DNA of 63,432 nucleotides, filler included, from Reticulomyxa filosa (GCA_000512085.1; 24 parts of 24 records of this genome joined end to end with filler, not necessarily neighbours in it), one strand, 5' to 3'. Shown: positions 14,668-28,300, counted from the whole stretch's first letter. Notes: generated by a model not told the origin, from the sequence alone. Made by a program: numbers and translations.

Positions 14668-15787
14668 TAATGATAAATCTTTGTATTGCAATCATCCACT
14701 TGTCAATCTATCATTTAACTAGTTTCTTTTATTTACTTGATATTCCAACAATTTTTACAATGAACAACTATTATACAAGCTTAGAATAACATTTTGTATT
14801 AAAAATTCAACTAATTTAATATATTCATAACAAATTTTGTCATGAAAAACATGTTATCACAAAACTAAAAATCGATTATTTTGACAGATTAAATGAATAA
14901 AGTATTTTGTAAAATTTGTAGGGCAACAGTGTAAAGGAAATTTCCTGATTAACTCAGGAAACTACTTTTTTACAACGACTTACTTACCTTTTTCTTCCAA
15001 CTTCTATTATTATCTTGTTGTTATTGTCGTTATTGTTTTATATTCTTTTTTTATTTAAACTAATTTTGTTTTTAAAAAATTACTTAAAGAGTATATATTC
15101 GTATTAAACTTGATATTTCAGTATATACAAGATATTTAACTTAATACTAATTTCAAAAAAAAAGTGTGATTTATGTAAAATAAAATAGTGTATATGTATA
15201 ATCTTTTTTACACTCAGTCTATTGATATGAATTTTTAAAAAATAATATATATATACATGAAACGCAATTGATTTGGGCAACAATTGTGCATATTTTCACA
15301 TAATGTGCTAAATTTTAGAAATTAATTATGCATTATTGTTACATCACATGCAAAACATTTTTTATAATTTTCTTCTAAAAAAATGCATTATTATATTTGC
15401 AGTTGATTTTTTCAAACTTATCATTAAAAAATTATATGAACAACAATTATTAATTTTATTGTCGAGTAGAACAGAAAAAATTGATCTTTTTGTTTAGTAC
15501 ATCAATTACAACATAAAGAAAAGATTACCACTAGCCAACTTAGTAAAAAATTAGTTATTGTCGATAAAATTTTTCGTATTATGAATTGTACAAATTTCGT
15601 TTAAAGCCATTATACAATCATATTTCAACCATTTTTACAGAGATTGACTAAATCATTTTAGATTTCTTGACAATTGAAAAATTGCAAAATATCATAACGC
15701 TGTTATGTCTGTAAGTGAAAGACCAAGCCTTTGAGTATAAGCATCAAATACACTTGTGAATGAAGAGGAGAAGAGGAGTTTGAAAAA

Positions 15788-16109
15788 ATGCTTCTCCATG
15801 CCAATAGTGAAAGGCATATGAGTAGAAATTATTCAATGCGTCCAACATTGGAGAATATTCAATCTCCAAATCTGAGCAATGGGGAAGCGTTATTGAAGCC
15901 AAATACGGGTTCAAGTGAAAGACTGAGGATGGCAAACAGCAACAACAGCAACACAACAAATTCGTCGTCAGCATATTCAACGAACAGCAACACGACGTTG
16001 GAATATGTGGACATGAGTGAGGTGAGCAGAAGTGAAAGAGTGGCGAGTGAAGACGATAAAGATGCGAATGAAGAAATGGAGAAAGAGCAGTTATCGGAAA
16101 GAGAAGACA

Positions 16110-16143
<34 letters not shown>

Positions 16144-17268
16144 AGAAGAAGAGGAAAAGGAAGAAGAAGAAGAAACAGAAAGAGTACATGCAAAAGCAGT
16201 GCCAACATTGTCATTATGCAATTCAAAGACAACACCAAACTATAAAAAAGTGCTATACATTCACGACAACGACGACGAGAAGCCGTCGTGTTCGTCATCG
16301 AGAAGCAACTACATAAAGACGAGTGAAGCGATAATAAAATCGATAAGCAGCGGATCGAACTGTCGAATAATCCAATGCAAAGTGAGCGAAGTGGAAAAGA
16401 GCAAAGGACGAGTGTTTAAAAACTACCATGTGGTGATCATCATGTTGCGATCGAGTTACGCCAGCGCAGTGCTGAAGCAAGTGGCGCGGTACTGCGAGCG
16501 GCAATGTCTAATCATCGTCATCCACGGAGGTGCCACGCACGGGAGCAAGCATCGAAACAACTTTATCCGCTTGGGCGCCAATGTGGTTACCAACGACGAG
16601 CAAGCACTTGTTAAGATCCTGCAGGCTGTGTCTAGTCAAGGACAGAGTTTTGTGGATAGTCAAAAGGTGGATCATGACAATGTCAATGTCAATACAAATG
16701 TTAATGTCAATGCCAATACCAATACCAATACCAATACCAATACAAATGTTAATGTCAATACCAATACTAATGTCAATGTCAATGTCAATGTCAATGTCAA
16801 TGTCAAAGGCAATGGACCAGTAGTGTCCGCAGCAGCTGCTGTGAATGCAACCAAGTATTATACGTGTGAATACTGCGGGATGGAACACTTGAGCGACAAA
16901 GAACTGTTTGTACACTTGCCATTGTACCACAGCAACCAAGGACACATTTCCAATGGCGACAATTGCAACAGTGCGGAGTCGTTTCCTCTTCACTCTCATC
17001 TTCCTCGTTCCAATGACAATACAATAGCAATAGCAATGGCAATGGTGGTAATCGATCCACCAAGTCACGCTCTTCTGCTAATGCACACAGTCGTGGCATT
17101 CGAGCACATCGCTGTCCAATGTGTCAAGGCGAGTTCATTAGCAAAAAGAAATTGTTCTGGCATATGAGGTATCAATATATGCTATATATAATACATATAT
17201 CATATATTATATATATATATATATACATACATATATGTATATGTGCATATACATAGGATATATTTTTT

Positions 17269-17306
<38 letters not shown>

Positions 17307-18207
17307 TCGAAACGAAGGACGGCGTTCATGAAAAAAAACCGCGAAAAATAAACGCGAGAACAATGGACATACAGACGTGCCGGAGGGCGAGCATGCAGAT
17401 ATTCCCACGCGCGGCCATGTACACGTGGTCGTGCAGGACCCAGGAGGATGCAGGTTTCTGCTGGTCCAGGTCGTCAGTGACAAGTGCATTCACGAATACG
17501 ACCTCCCCAACGCGCGCGTGCAAATCGGAGAGACGTTGGTCGAAGCCGCCCAAAAGTGCGTGGCCAAGCAAGCCGGTATTGACATTGACATCAAAGGAAT
17601 AATCGAAATTCGACACATTGTCAATCAATTTGGAAAGCATCATTGAGAAATGATTTTCATGAAATGCACTTTTACTTTTATGCCGAATATACCAAATCCG
17701 TTTGTTTTTTTTTTTTTTTTTTAGATAATAATAATATATACATATATACATATATACATGTATGTACATATTATTATTATTATTATTATTATTATTGTTA
17801 TTATTTATTTAAAAAAAAATGTAAAGAAATTAGTAAAGTCATTTCCAACGTATGACTCAGCAGGCGCGTCATGGTTTCCAATTGAGGAATTGGAAAAAGT
17901 GGATTTGAAGGACGAACATACGGTGCAGTTTTTGAGCCGCACGACAAAAAAGAAGCGCATTGCGTCGGTGGACATATTGAAATGTTGGAAGTCGGATCGA
18001 TGTTTGCTGAGCCAGCAGAGCTACAACGAGCGCCAAGGCCGCATTCCCACGGGCGGGTCTTTGCCGTCGGTTCTGGTCCCTGCCGCCAAGTCCAAGATCA
18101 CGTTGCATCCAGCGCACATGCACAGCGGGGAGTCTGAAGATGATATCTTGGCCACTTTGAGTTCTTCCCATTTGCAGGCGCCCACACAAATGTTTAGTCT
18201 TATGTTG
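15788..18207 (+). CDS. Multidomain protein: acidic tract, receiver-like domain, (Asn-Val)n, two C2H2-like zinc fingers, degenerate Nudix domain; 3' truncated
   Basis: KKVLYIHDND..YHVVII..LIIVIHG..FIRLGAN..ALVKIL; YTCEYCGMEHLSDKELFVHLPLYH; HRCPMCQGEFISKKKLFWHM; YDLPNARVQIGETLVEAAQKCVAKQAGI..SAGASWFPIEEL. Single-base shifts at ~17020, ~17335 and ~17630; introns 17169-17304 and 17700-17826. Confidence 0.7.
16678..16805 (+). repeat. Coding hexamer microsatellite (AATGTC/AATACC)n encoding NV/NT repeats
   Basis: Directly visible tandem hexamers. Confidence 0.95.
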
Positions 18208-18339
18208 NNNNNNNNNNNNNNNNNNNNNNNNNNNNNNNNNNNNNNNNNNNNTTAATTAATTAANNNNNNNNNNNNNNNNNNNNNNNNNNNNNNNNNNNNN
18301 NNNNNNNTATATGTATATAAGTATAAGTATAAGTATACG

Positions 18340-18995
18340 TGTTTATGTATATAAAAGTCGCAATAACATTGATATGAGGTAAAGAGTTGATAAAATAAGT
18401 TAGTTGCTTTGCAAAGGACTCAGCGTATACATGGAGCGACTCGATAAAAACATTGGCATTATAAGACGAGAATTGTAAAGGGAAATCAGAGGCGGAATGA
18501 AAGCCACAAAAAAAAGAGACCTTTTCTAAATTGGTGCAATATTGTTGCGGATACCTTCGCATGATGTCATTCATAACCAATAGCATCTTGCAATACTCGG
18601 CCATCTTTTCGTCGATTGTAAGACTTTTCAATTGAGCCATTTTCAGCTGATTCGCCCGACTTTTGTTATTATACGTCGCCTTTGCCGTCGTGGAGGTGCT
18701 GTCGTGATCTAAAGCCCAGACCAAGTCCCGTCCATCACTCTTTTCTTTCTCTTGTTCTTTTTGCTGCTTTTCTTCCTCATTGGTTATTCCAAAGATCAGC
18801 TGCCAATCAAAGATTCCCTTTGATAACGTGTGGTTCCTTATCTGCAGATACTTTAGCTCCATGCTCTGCGCAATCCAACGTTGTTGAAACTTTTCCCAAA
18901 TTTGCGATTGCACGCGAGTCATCGGTTTACTTATGTTACATCCCTCAATCGTTACATTTAATTCTTTTAATGATGTTCGATTGTTGCGACCTCTG

Positions 18996-19027
<32 letters not shown>

Positions 19028-19700
19028 GTTATTGTTATTATATCAGTGTTGTAATGTATTCCTTTCCAAACAATCACATACGTACAGCATTCGACGTATA
19101 CAAAAAAAAAAAAAACAACCTTGAATTGGCATCAACCAAGTTGAAATCGGGAATGAATTGCGATACATGAAATGTGTTCGACGTCAAGCCATCGACGAAA
19201 AAGTCCAAATTGACATCGAGACTTTGCAAGAAAGGCATAAAGGCAATCGATATAGGCAAAGGCTGAGTGAAATGATTGCATTTCAGTTGAAACGATTTCA
19301 ACTTGGATAAAATTCGAGTGATCACATTGGTGCTATTTGCATTGCCATCGTCGTCGTCGTCGTTGTCGTCACTTCCATCGTCGTTATTTTGTTCTTTTCT
19401 TTCATCTTCTCCTCTTCCTCTTCCTCTTCCTCCTCCTCCTCCTTCTCCTCTTTCTTCTTCTTTTTCGTTTTCATCTTCAAATGGGTTCATATGGTTCGAA
19501 TTGAATCCTTGTGGAAAGCTCAGCTTTTCCAAGTTCTTCATACTTTCCAAGAACGGTCGCCACAATTCGTTGCGCTCCGGGATGTAATGCACTGACACAC
19601 TCCGAACGGCTGTTCCGTACTGGCTCCAAACCGAGCTAAACTTTGTGAAGATTGAATGTCCACGGCTACGTATATTCATGTATATACACGCATATATTGC

Positions 19701-19735
<35 letters not shown>

Positions 19736-20524
19736 TTGTTTGTATACGTTAAAGCATGTGCGATGACACAAAAAGAGAAAGAAACATGTAATGCGATTTG
19801 AGAACAAGGGAATGAATGCCCTTATTGGATGGATGTCGAAATAAGTAATGCAAAAGCACTTCAAAGTTGGCGACTTCGCGTTCGACCAAAGCATATTGCG
19901 AGTGATAGCGATGAATATCGCAGTTGAAAACAAGCTCTCGAAATCCGTGCAACTTCCACAAACGTATCGCGCCTTGATTAAATGCACGTCGAAACTTTTC
20001 GTCAATAGTCAGCTGATATTTGCTTAGTGGCAACATGGTCGTCCGATGAAACTGGTCGCAAACCACAGATAACTGGCTCATTTGCTGGAATGACAAGTAT
20101 GACATTATGTTGCTCCACAAGTCATCTGACAGTGATATACTAAACTCACTTTTTATTGTTGTTGCTACTTCTGCTGTTGTTACTGTTGTTGTTGTTGCTG
20201 TCGTCGCTGCGGCCAATCGGCGAACAGGAGGCACATAAAAGTGTCGTAGATAATATTTAACAAGGTATCTTCACGGGTTGCTTGCCAATCTGAACACAAT
20301 GTACTTGCTGATATCGGTGGATCATTGTTGCCAGACTCTTCACTCCCTTGCTTCTTCTCTCGCTTTCGGAATGATTCCACATACATTTCCAGTAATTGAC
20401 CCATCAGCTTCGCTGTCAACACGTTCAAACAAAAATTCTTCAAGTCCACCAACGAAGCATTTTTCACGCAACCACTCAAACGCAATAAAGAAAGTTCGTC
20501 AAATGTCATGCTAGAATGTGTCAT
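18340..20524 (-). CDS. F-box protein with LRR-like C-terminal segments, multi-exon, 3' truncated
   Basis: F-box-like LSDDLWSNIMSYLSFQQMSQLSVVCDQFH; LRR-like MKNLEKLSF, LSKLKSFQL, MPFLQSLDV and TNLEKVSF; frameshift in the T-run at ~20237. Confidence 0.7.
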
Positions 20525-21431
20525 TATTTTAATATTTGATTAACAAAACCAAAAATAACAAAATCTCCTTTTTTTCCTCCAATAATCTTTACTATTTTTG
20601 TGTTTGTGGTCATCGTTGTTAAGCACCACTCTATGGAAATATCTCAAAAGAATTTCTCATTCAATACTTTTTCTCAATTGAATAAAAATAGTTTTGTTTT
20701 GTCGTATATAAGTATTGAAAAATTGCGATACAAAAAAAAAGCTCCGAAATTTCAATTCCAAGTTACAAAGAAATTTCTTTTTAATCAAAAAAGTAGATAT
20801 TTCTTTTATTTTCTATTATTCTTGTAATCTATTTCTTTTTAGTGAAATAAAAAAGACTCTGATTTTTTTTCACCAGTCAAAATGAATGATTTTTTTACTT
20901 GCTTGTAACAGTCCAACTGTGTAAAATAAATTGTCTAGTTGTTTAATTAAAAAAATCNNNNNNNNNNNNNNNNNNNNNNNNNNNNNNNNNNNNNNNNNNN
21001 NTTAATTAATTAANNNNNNNNNNNNNNNNNNNNNNNNNNNNNNNNNNNNNNNNNNNNAAAAAGAAAAGTTTGTCTTAAGTAACATTTTGACAGTGACAAT
21101 TTTACAGATCCTGAATGTCCATTTGAAGAATTAAATTTTTTTTTCCTTTGCAATGAAGACAATGATTAAAAAAATTCTATTTACATATATTGAATAATTT
21201 GAACCTTTTTCTTGTCTTTTCATTTGAATATTTTATTGCAAGTGAAGAAATCAATAATTATTCAAACAAAAAATCTGTTTTCAATGTTGCAACAATAATT
21301 TTTTAAAATACAAAAAAATAAAAAATGAAAATATGAAAAGGGTTTTTTTAAAAAAACTTGGAGTAGAGCTAAAATTTTTTTCAAGTTTTTTTTGTTTCAT
21401 AATAACTATTAAAGTAACGTGTTGCATAAAA

Positions 21432-22659
21432 ATGTCCTCTTACAAGGCTTTTGTTTACTTTGGAGGGAAAGCGCATGAAATAATAGTTACTTCTCTGAAC
21501 TTAAAAAGCTTGAAAGAAGAAGTGGTAAAGATTGTTAACAAGAATGATTATTTTAGAATTGTTGATAATAATGAACAAGAAATTATCAATGATCAACAAT
21601 TAAAAATTTCATTTGAAATTCAACCTGCTCTCTTTTTTGTTTATTGCATTAATAGTTTTGCTTCTCTTTTTTTTTTGTTGATTTATTTATTTGCTTTTTT
21701 TTTAATTAAAGAAATAACAATTGATTAATACAATAGATAATGACAATGACGAAAAGAAATATCCAGAAGACAAAAATAAAAAAGAAGATAATGAATGCTA
21801 CAAGATTGTGAACCCATTAGTGTTATTAACTGGAGCTTCAAAGTATAACAATTTAGATTATTTGCCTGAAGTGAAAGCAGATTTAATTATGATTCGAAAT
21901 TTATTTGAAGAAATATATGGATATGATGTTTATTCTACTTATGATCAAAATAAACCTGAAACTGAATTATTAACATTAAATCAATTGGAAATTTTTTTAA
22001 TGAAACACTATATAAATAATAATTATGATTCATTAATATTTGTATGGTGTGGCCATGGTAATACAATATCAGAAGAAGGAGATATATTAATAACATCAGA
22101 TGATGATAATGAATATAAATTATTTAAAAAAGTGCAAGAATTATTTACAAATATATTTTTAAATAAACCAAAAATATTTATTAAAAATATATATGTAAAA
22201 GAAGAACAATATCAACAACAACAACAACAACAACAACAATGGTATAACAATGAATCAAATACTTTTATAATATTTTCAACAACTTCTAGAAAATTAATAT
22301 CTGAAAAAGGAAGTTATTTTGCAGAATGCTTTTGTGATATTATGTCACAAAATATTAACTTGCCAAAACCATTAGATAGCAATTTGATGTCAATTTCAAA
22401 ATTAATTGAACAAAAAGTATTGACTGAACAAATTGTCCAAGTTATTACAACATGTGATCGACATATCTTTCTTTATAATAAAGATTATTCAAATATAAAT
22501 ATTGAAATTGATCAAGATCTTTTTTGGAATGAAGCAAATAAAAAAGCACATGAAATTGTGAATGAAATGATTAATAAAAGAAATCAAGGAATTATTGTCG
22601 TTGCAAAGAATAATGATCAATTACTAAAATCAAATGAACAACTATCTCCACGAAATATG
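21432..22659 (+). CDS. PB1-like N-terminus plus caspase-like (peptidase C14 fold) domain protein, 3' truncated
   Basis: MSSYKAFVYF..YFRIVDNNEQEIINDQQL (PB1-like); intron 21655-21736; NPLVLLTGASKY..LPEVKADL..IRNLF..YGYDV..YDSLIFVWCGHG..KPKIFIK..TFIIFST..KGSYFAECFC is a caspase-fold signature. Confidence 0.75.
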
Positions 22660-22816
22660 NNNNNNNNNNNNNNNNNNNNNNNNNNNNNNNNNNNNNNNNN
22701 NNNTTAATTAATTAANNNNNNNNNNNNNNNNNNNNNNNNNNNNNNNNNNNNNNNNNNNNAAATTTTGAAAAAAAAAAAAAAGTGCCAAAAAAAAAAAAAA
22801 AAAATCTTCAACAATA

Positions 22817-23136
22817 CCTAAATGGTGTGGCATTGTCGTCAATGAAACTACTACTCGAAAGTTTGGGTTAAATGACGACGGAATTGGTGGAATAACTGCA
22901 TCGAATGCGCTTGTGCGCATTTGCACAAACGGCGGCAAAAATGTTCCGTGATTCAACACTACATTGAAACATACCACAAGCATTAATATTAGCGACAGCA
23001 CGTATGTTGCACGTTGTAACGCTTTTTTGTTATGTTGGTACCAATGAGATTTGGGAAAATGCTTGAGCAATACTATGCCCTCTGTTATCCATAGTGTTAA
23101 CGTTTGAGCAGATGACTCTCTTGAAGAATACATCAT
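22817..23136 (-). CDS. Type II membrane glycosyltransferase-like protein, 5' exon only
   Basis: One TM segment (YVLSLILMLVVCFNVVL) followed by FRVVVSLTTMP, a beta1 motif of GT-A fold proteins. Confidence 0.5.
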
Positions 23137-24995
23137 CAAATGACTGCTAGACCTTAAGTTTTTTTACTAAAAAAAAAACTTTACTTTACCAACAACTTGT
23201 CAAACCAAATCTAAAGCAATTCTATAACGATGCTGGTAAAACGTATTGTATTTCTCAGTCTGTCCAGTCTTTTGTTTAAAGTACGAACTAAAGGCTATGC
23301 AATTTCCTGATCGGTCTAAATCTTAATGAATCCCGAGTTCATTGAGGGATCCGTCCCAAACACTGTGTCTACTTTTCGCTAAAGGGATTATAGTGATAGT
23401 TTTTCGTTTATGTAGTTTTCGACAGATTTTGACGTAATTTTTTTTCAGCAAAAAAAGAGTATGAAAATACAACAAAGAAAAGTTATAATCTATTTTGTAA
23501 TATGTGTTGATCACTTTTCAAAAAAAATATTTGCATTATGCACTGTAGGGCAAGCCCTTATTACACATGGCTGAACGCTTATGGAACTGAAGAGCTCCCT
23601 TTGGGTTAAACCTCCTCAACAAACTACCTCTTACTTGTTTTCTCTCTTACTTCTTTTGTCTTTGATTTATTCTTTAATTTACTTTTATTTACTGAAAGTC
23701 ACTCTCATTGAGAGTAACACTATTTCGTATTACATTTAGTGAAGCTCTTCACTGTAGACTTCCTACAGCACCTTATTTCTTTGCCTATAAAAATTTTTAT
23801 ATTTTTCAAAACAAAACTGTTTTTTAAAGAGAACAAGGGCTAATAAAGGGGTAAGCAAAAAAAAAATGCTAATGTTAACCCCTCCTGGTGAATCCTTGCA
23901 AATAAAACTGTTTTTTCTGTATAGAAATGTATTATTTTTGTATGCAGACAAGCTCTCTACGTGGGCCACAGCACCACACAGTCACAAAAAATGTTTCGAG
24001 GACTTTCACCCACTGACAGTAATGAAGGGTCAGAGCATACCAATAATCTTATTCGTGGTCCTACTGGAAAAAAAAAGACGCTTGCGGGAGACAAACAAAA
24101 ACTCAAAAAATTGGGCAAAGTCTGAGTCAATTCATTTTGTACTTCTTCTTATTTTTGACTGCTTGGTGTCTTAAGCTTCCATCTTCGACTGTTTGAAGAT
24201 ATCATAAATTTATTTCATTCATGTAGCTTCTCATTAATATTTAAAAACAAAATTTTGCAACACAATACTACACACTTTTGGATAATAATAATGTTGCAAT
24301 ATAAAAAATGTTTAACAATAAATATTTACTTAAAATTAAATAATCTTTATAAATATGTTCAAATTAACTTCAAAAAATGATGTAATATGTATATTTTATA
24401 AAAATTAATATATAATACATAAACCATTTTATATTAGTTAGTAAATTTTGCAGTGTTCATCTTTCCAAAACGCCGCTTGGTTGGGTTGTATGATGTTTAG
24501 TATTGTATTACTGTAATAAATAATGAATCAAGATATAAGGATTTATAAAAAAGATGAAAATGGGTTAAAAAATTCGAAACAATCAAATAATTTGTGATGA
24601 TAGATAATTGAGTTGTAAACACATTGTTGATATTTTGTTGAGATGTTTTGATGATTTGCCTGTTTGTTGATGTTTTCTTTTTGTTTTTTTTATTTTATTT
24701 CAGTAATACGAATACAATTGAATGTTCAACACTTTGTTCAACGCAGCAAAAGTGAAAATGCCTACTTCAAATCGTTAATCAATCTTATGTTAACAACGAT
24801 TACTTATTATTCCAACTTTTGAACCTTGGGATTTTCATAATTATCTTCACTTTGCTTTTTAAAAAAGCAAAAAATTTGGAGGTAATGTTTTGGAAATTAC
24901 TGGCACTCAATAACATAAAATATCTTGAAACACGTGTAATCATTATTTGTTTTCACTTGCCGATATCTACAAAAAAGGAAAGCATCCACGCGATC

Positions 24996-25300
24996 ATGTT
25001 TATTTCGCTTCTTATTATTGGATACGCAGCAGCAACAGAGACAATCACAATTGTCGATCACTCGTCAAGAGGATACTAAGAAAACGTTTTTGGATGTGTT
25101 GAAATTGATGTCACAATTTCATACGAAGATATGACTGACTGCAGAAGCAAGTCGAAGATGCAAGCGAATGTTTGGAAATAATGATGCAATTGTGGTGCTG
25201 TTGAAAATATTGAAAATGTAAAGTACGAGCGAGAAGCAAGAAAATGATATCGCAAACTTGGCAGCTTGTCCATTGTTTACATCTAAGTCCGGCTCTTCTG
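24996..25300 (+). pseudogene. Possible relic of a small secreted Cys-containing protein
   Basis: Signal-peptide-like MFISLLIIGYAAA followed by a protein-like frame with several in-frame stops. Confidence 0.3.
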
Positions 25301-28300
25301 AAAGTTGTACTCATCATTGCTGTCATTTGATTTTTTTATTATCAATTCAAAACTTGAACTTTAAGTTTTGTTGAACTCACTTTTAAACGTTACTTATGGA
25401 AGGAATTTGTTAAAGTGATTTTCCAAAGATAATCTTAAATTATTATAAATGTACGAATTATTTGACAATGATTGATTAGTAATGTTTTAGAAGAAAGTTT
25501 GAGATTATTTTCTGTTGATCTTAATAGTTGGCAGAAATGCATACTTAAAGAAAATATGTCCAAAAAAAAAACAATGGAGAGTGTGCATTTTTTTCTTTTG
25601 TGTTTGAAAAAATTTAAGACGACTGATTTTTTACGTTGAAATCCAAGACTGCAAGATATTACAGATCGAAAGGTAGTTTTTGTTACAATAATACTTTGGT
25701 TGATATCCATTATAGGGAATTACTGTTTTTTTTATGATTGAGGAAGAAAAAAAAGAGGGTACTCTTTTACTTACGTACAATCAAATCAAGGCACACGGAT
25801 CACTTGTCCATGTTTTTTTCAATGAAAAAATCTCTTCACTTTTTTTTTCTTGAACTTGTCGTCTTTAAGCATGTATTTGTTACAAAGCAATCAATTGCCA
25901 TTATGTTAGCAATTAGAATTAAAATTCTTTTCAAACTTTTGTTTTTGGTCAATAATGTTGATCGCAGTTTGTTCCAAAAAACCATTATCAAATTTTTTCA
26001 AAAATGCTCACTTATTTGTTACAAACAACGTCAAAAAAATTTTACAAATAATCTTAACCAACATTCAATAAATACCAACTGAGGCATTCAAACTTAAAAC
26101 TCATCATTATCTTTTTTTAATTAAAAGGTTCGCAAGGTTCAAGTGTCGAAATTAGTAAAAAAAAAAATGACAGCAATGATGATTGCAACTCTCAAAAGAA
26201 CTAGCCTTAGACAAGGAGCATTGAACAAAAAACCAATCTGGAACATTATTCCTTGCGTTCTCATTAGACGACTTCGTCAACCCAACACATATCAAGTCAG
26301 ACTGGACGAACAACGCCAAATGACTCAATACAAGAAAAAGCTAAAAGGACAACAAGGCGCATTATCAAAAACTACACCACCCCCTGAATCAAGACATGAA
26401 CGACCATTAATTCAAGAAATGGAATCTGATAAAGAAATTATTCAATGTCTCAAAGAAAGTTCATCTCAAGATACATCTCTCTATGCTGCAGNNNNNNNNN
26501 NNNNNNNNNNNNNNNNNNNNNNNNNNNNNNNNNNNTTAATTAATTAANNNNNNNNNNNNNNNNNNNNNNNNNNNNNNNNNNNNNNNNNNNNTCTTCTCTC
26601 TCTCTCTTTTCTTTTTTTTTTTTCTTTTCCCTTTGTTTATAGATTTTAATAAGTAATACTCGTCAATTATATTTAATCTTCTTAAGTTCACTCCGTTTTT
26701 TTTTTTTTTTTTTATTATTGTTACAGTTTTTTTCCAAGAAGCAGTTAAATAAAAAATTGCGCATTGTGTGTGATCGAAATGGAATTTCGAACATTCCACA
26801 ATTACCAATAATTTTTCCTTTTTTCATTTGGCTGTGTTCTCTTTAAAAAAAAATCCTAATTATTATTAAATTTTTTTTTTTTTAGTGTTTTTGAATTTTT
26901 TTTGTGAACAAACTTTTTAAAAACTTTTCGTGCAACATTATAGCGCTTTTTTTTTTGTTGCAGTGAACAAATTTTTCTAAGTAAATATGACAAAATATTC
27001 TAATACATCGGAATAACAAAATAAACAAAAAATATTGCTTGAATTGATAATCATAAAACAATCAATATTTCCTATAAACTACTCAAAGAAAAAATGTTCT
27101 AAAAGAACTCATTTTATTATTCCGATTTTCAAAATGGACTACTTGCGATTTCATTTTTTCTTGAAGAAAGGATATGATTGACGAGAATTGTTAGTGTGAT
27201 ATTGGACTAACTTTAGCTTTATCTTTTATGTTTTATAATCCACAAGACTAAAAATATTACCGAGTGAAAGATGACTTAATATTAGATATATTGAAGAGTT
27301 TCGATGACAGGCACATATTTCTAATTATAACTTAAGATAATCACTTTTAATCTATGTGAATGATTTGAACATTGAATTACAAGTAATGTCCTTTAATAAT
27401 TTTAATTTTCAAAATAATATTTAGAGCTGCCTTTTAAAAAAAATGATTTGTTTTGTGCTTTTTTTGTGGTGTTAAAAAATCATTCAACAAACAAATTTGC
27501 ATCAATGCAAATGAAAATCTTGTAGGATCAAAATTGTAGCATGTAATATGACGCAATGTAATTGCCTCCTTTGAACATACAATTCATCGAATACGTATTA
27601 AATAAACTCTAATGCAATGTTGATAATTATTTGAATCGCTTTTTCCGCTTTATAATCCTTTGACAAGCATAAAAACCAAAATTTTATTTTTTAATTAGTA
27701 CAGCAACCTTTTTTTTTTTCAACTTGACGGAAAATTTTTTAAAAAACGGGTTGTTGAGCATTACTAGATTCATAAACAACCCTGAAAATTACAAAAGCTT
27801 TATACGTAGCCTCTTAACTTGTATCATTTCAGAAACGTCATTGACAGTTGCAGCATTAAAAAAAAGAAATATTTTTTATTCACAATTGTTGTTATGTCTT
27901 ATTTATTGAAGTGGAAAAAGCCCACCAAAATTTTTTTGTGATAAAAAAACCTAGTTTTGAATTTTTGTGTACGTTTTTTCAAATTGTTGAAGCATTACTT
28001 TGTTGCTTTTCTTTTGGAGTGATGTTAAAATTATAAAATTAAAAGTAGCATTGCGAGGCAGCGGGAAATGGACAATTTAATATGCCAGAGTCAATCATTC
28101 ATTTTATACGTATGTTTATTAGTTTGTAATGTACAACCAATGCANNNNNNNNNNNNNNNNNNNNNNNNNNNNNNNNNNNNNNNNNNNNTTAATTAATTAA
28201 NNNNNNNNNNNNNNNNNNNNNNNNNNNNNNNNNNNNNNNNNNNNAAAAAAACCAAATTTAAGTAAGTCCCTTTTGAACAAAATTTGAACAATTGAAAAAG

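Noticed and set aside
15744-17068. Hydrophobic poly-Leu and (Ile-Asp)n minus-strand ORFs; likewise 9191-9664, 59465-59686 and 61535-62086
   Set aside because: Antisense translations of coding microsatellites (GAA, AAT, AATGTC).
17500-17590. Active Nudix hydrolase
   Set aside because: The catalytic glutamates of the Nudix box are absent.
26592-28144. Short ORFs in an AT-rich contig
   Set aside because: Composition-driven F/K/L/I ORFs with no coding signal.
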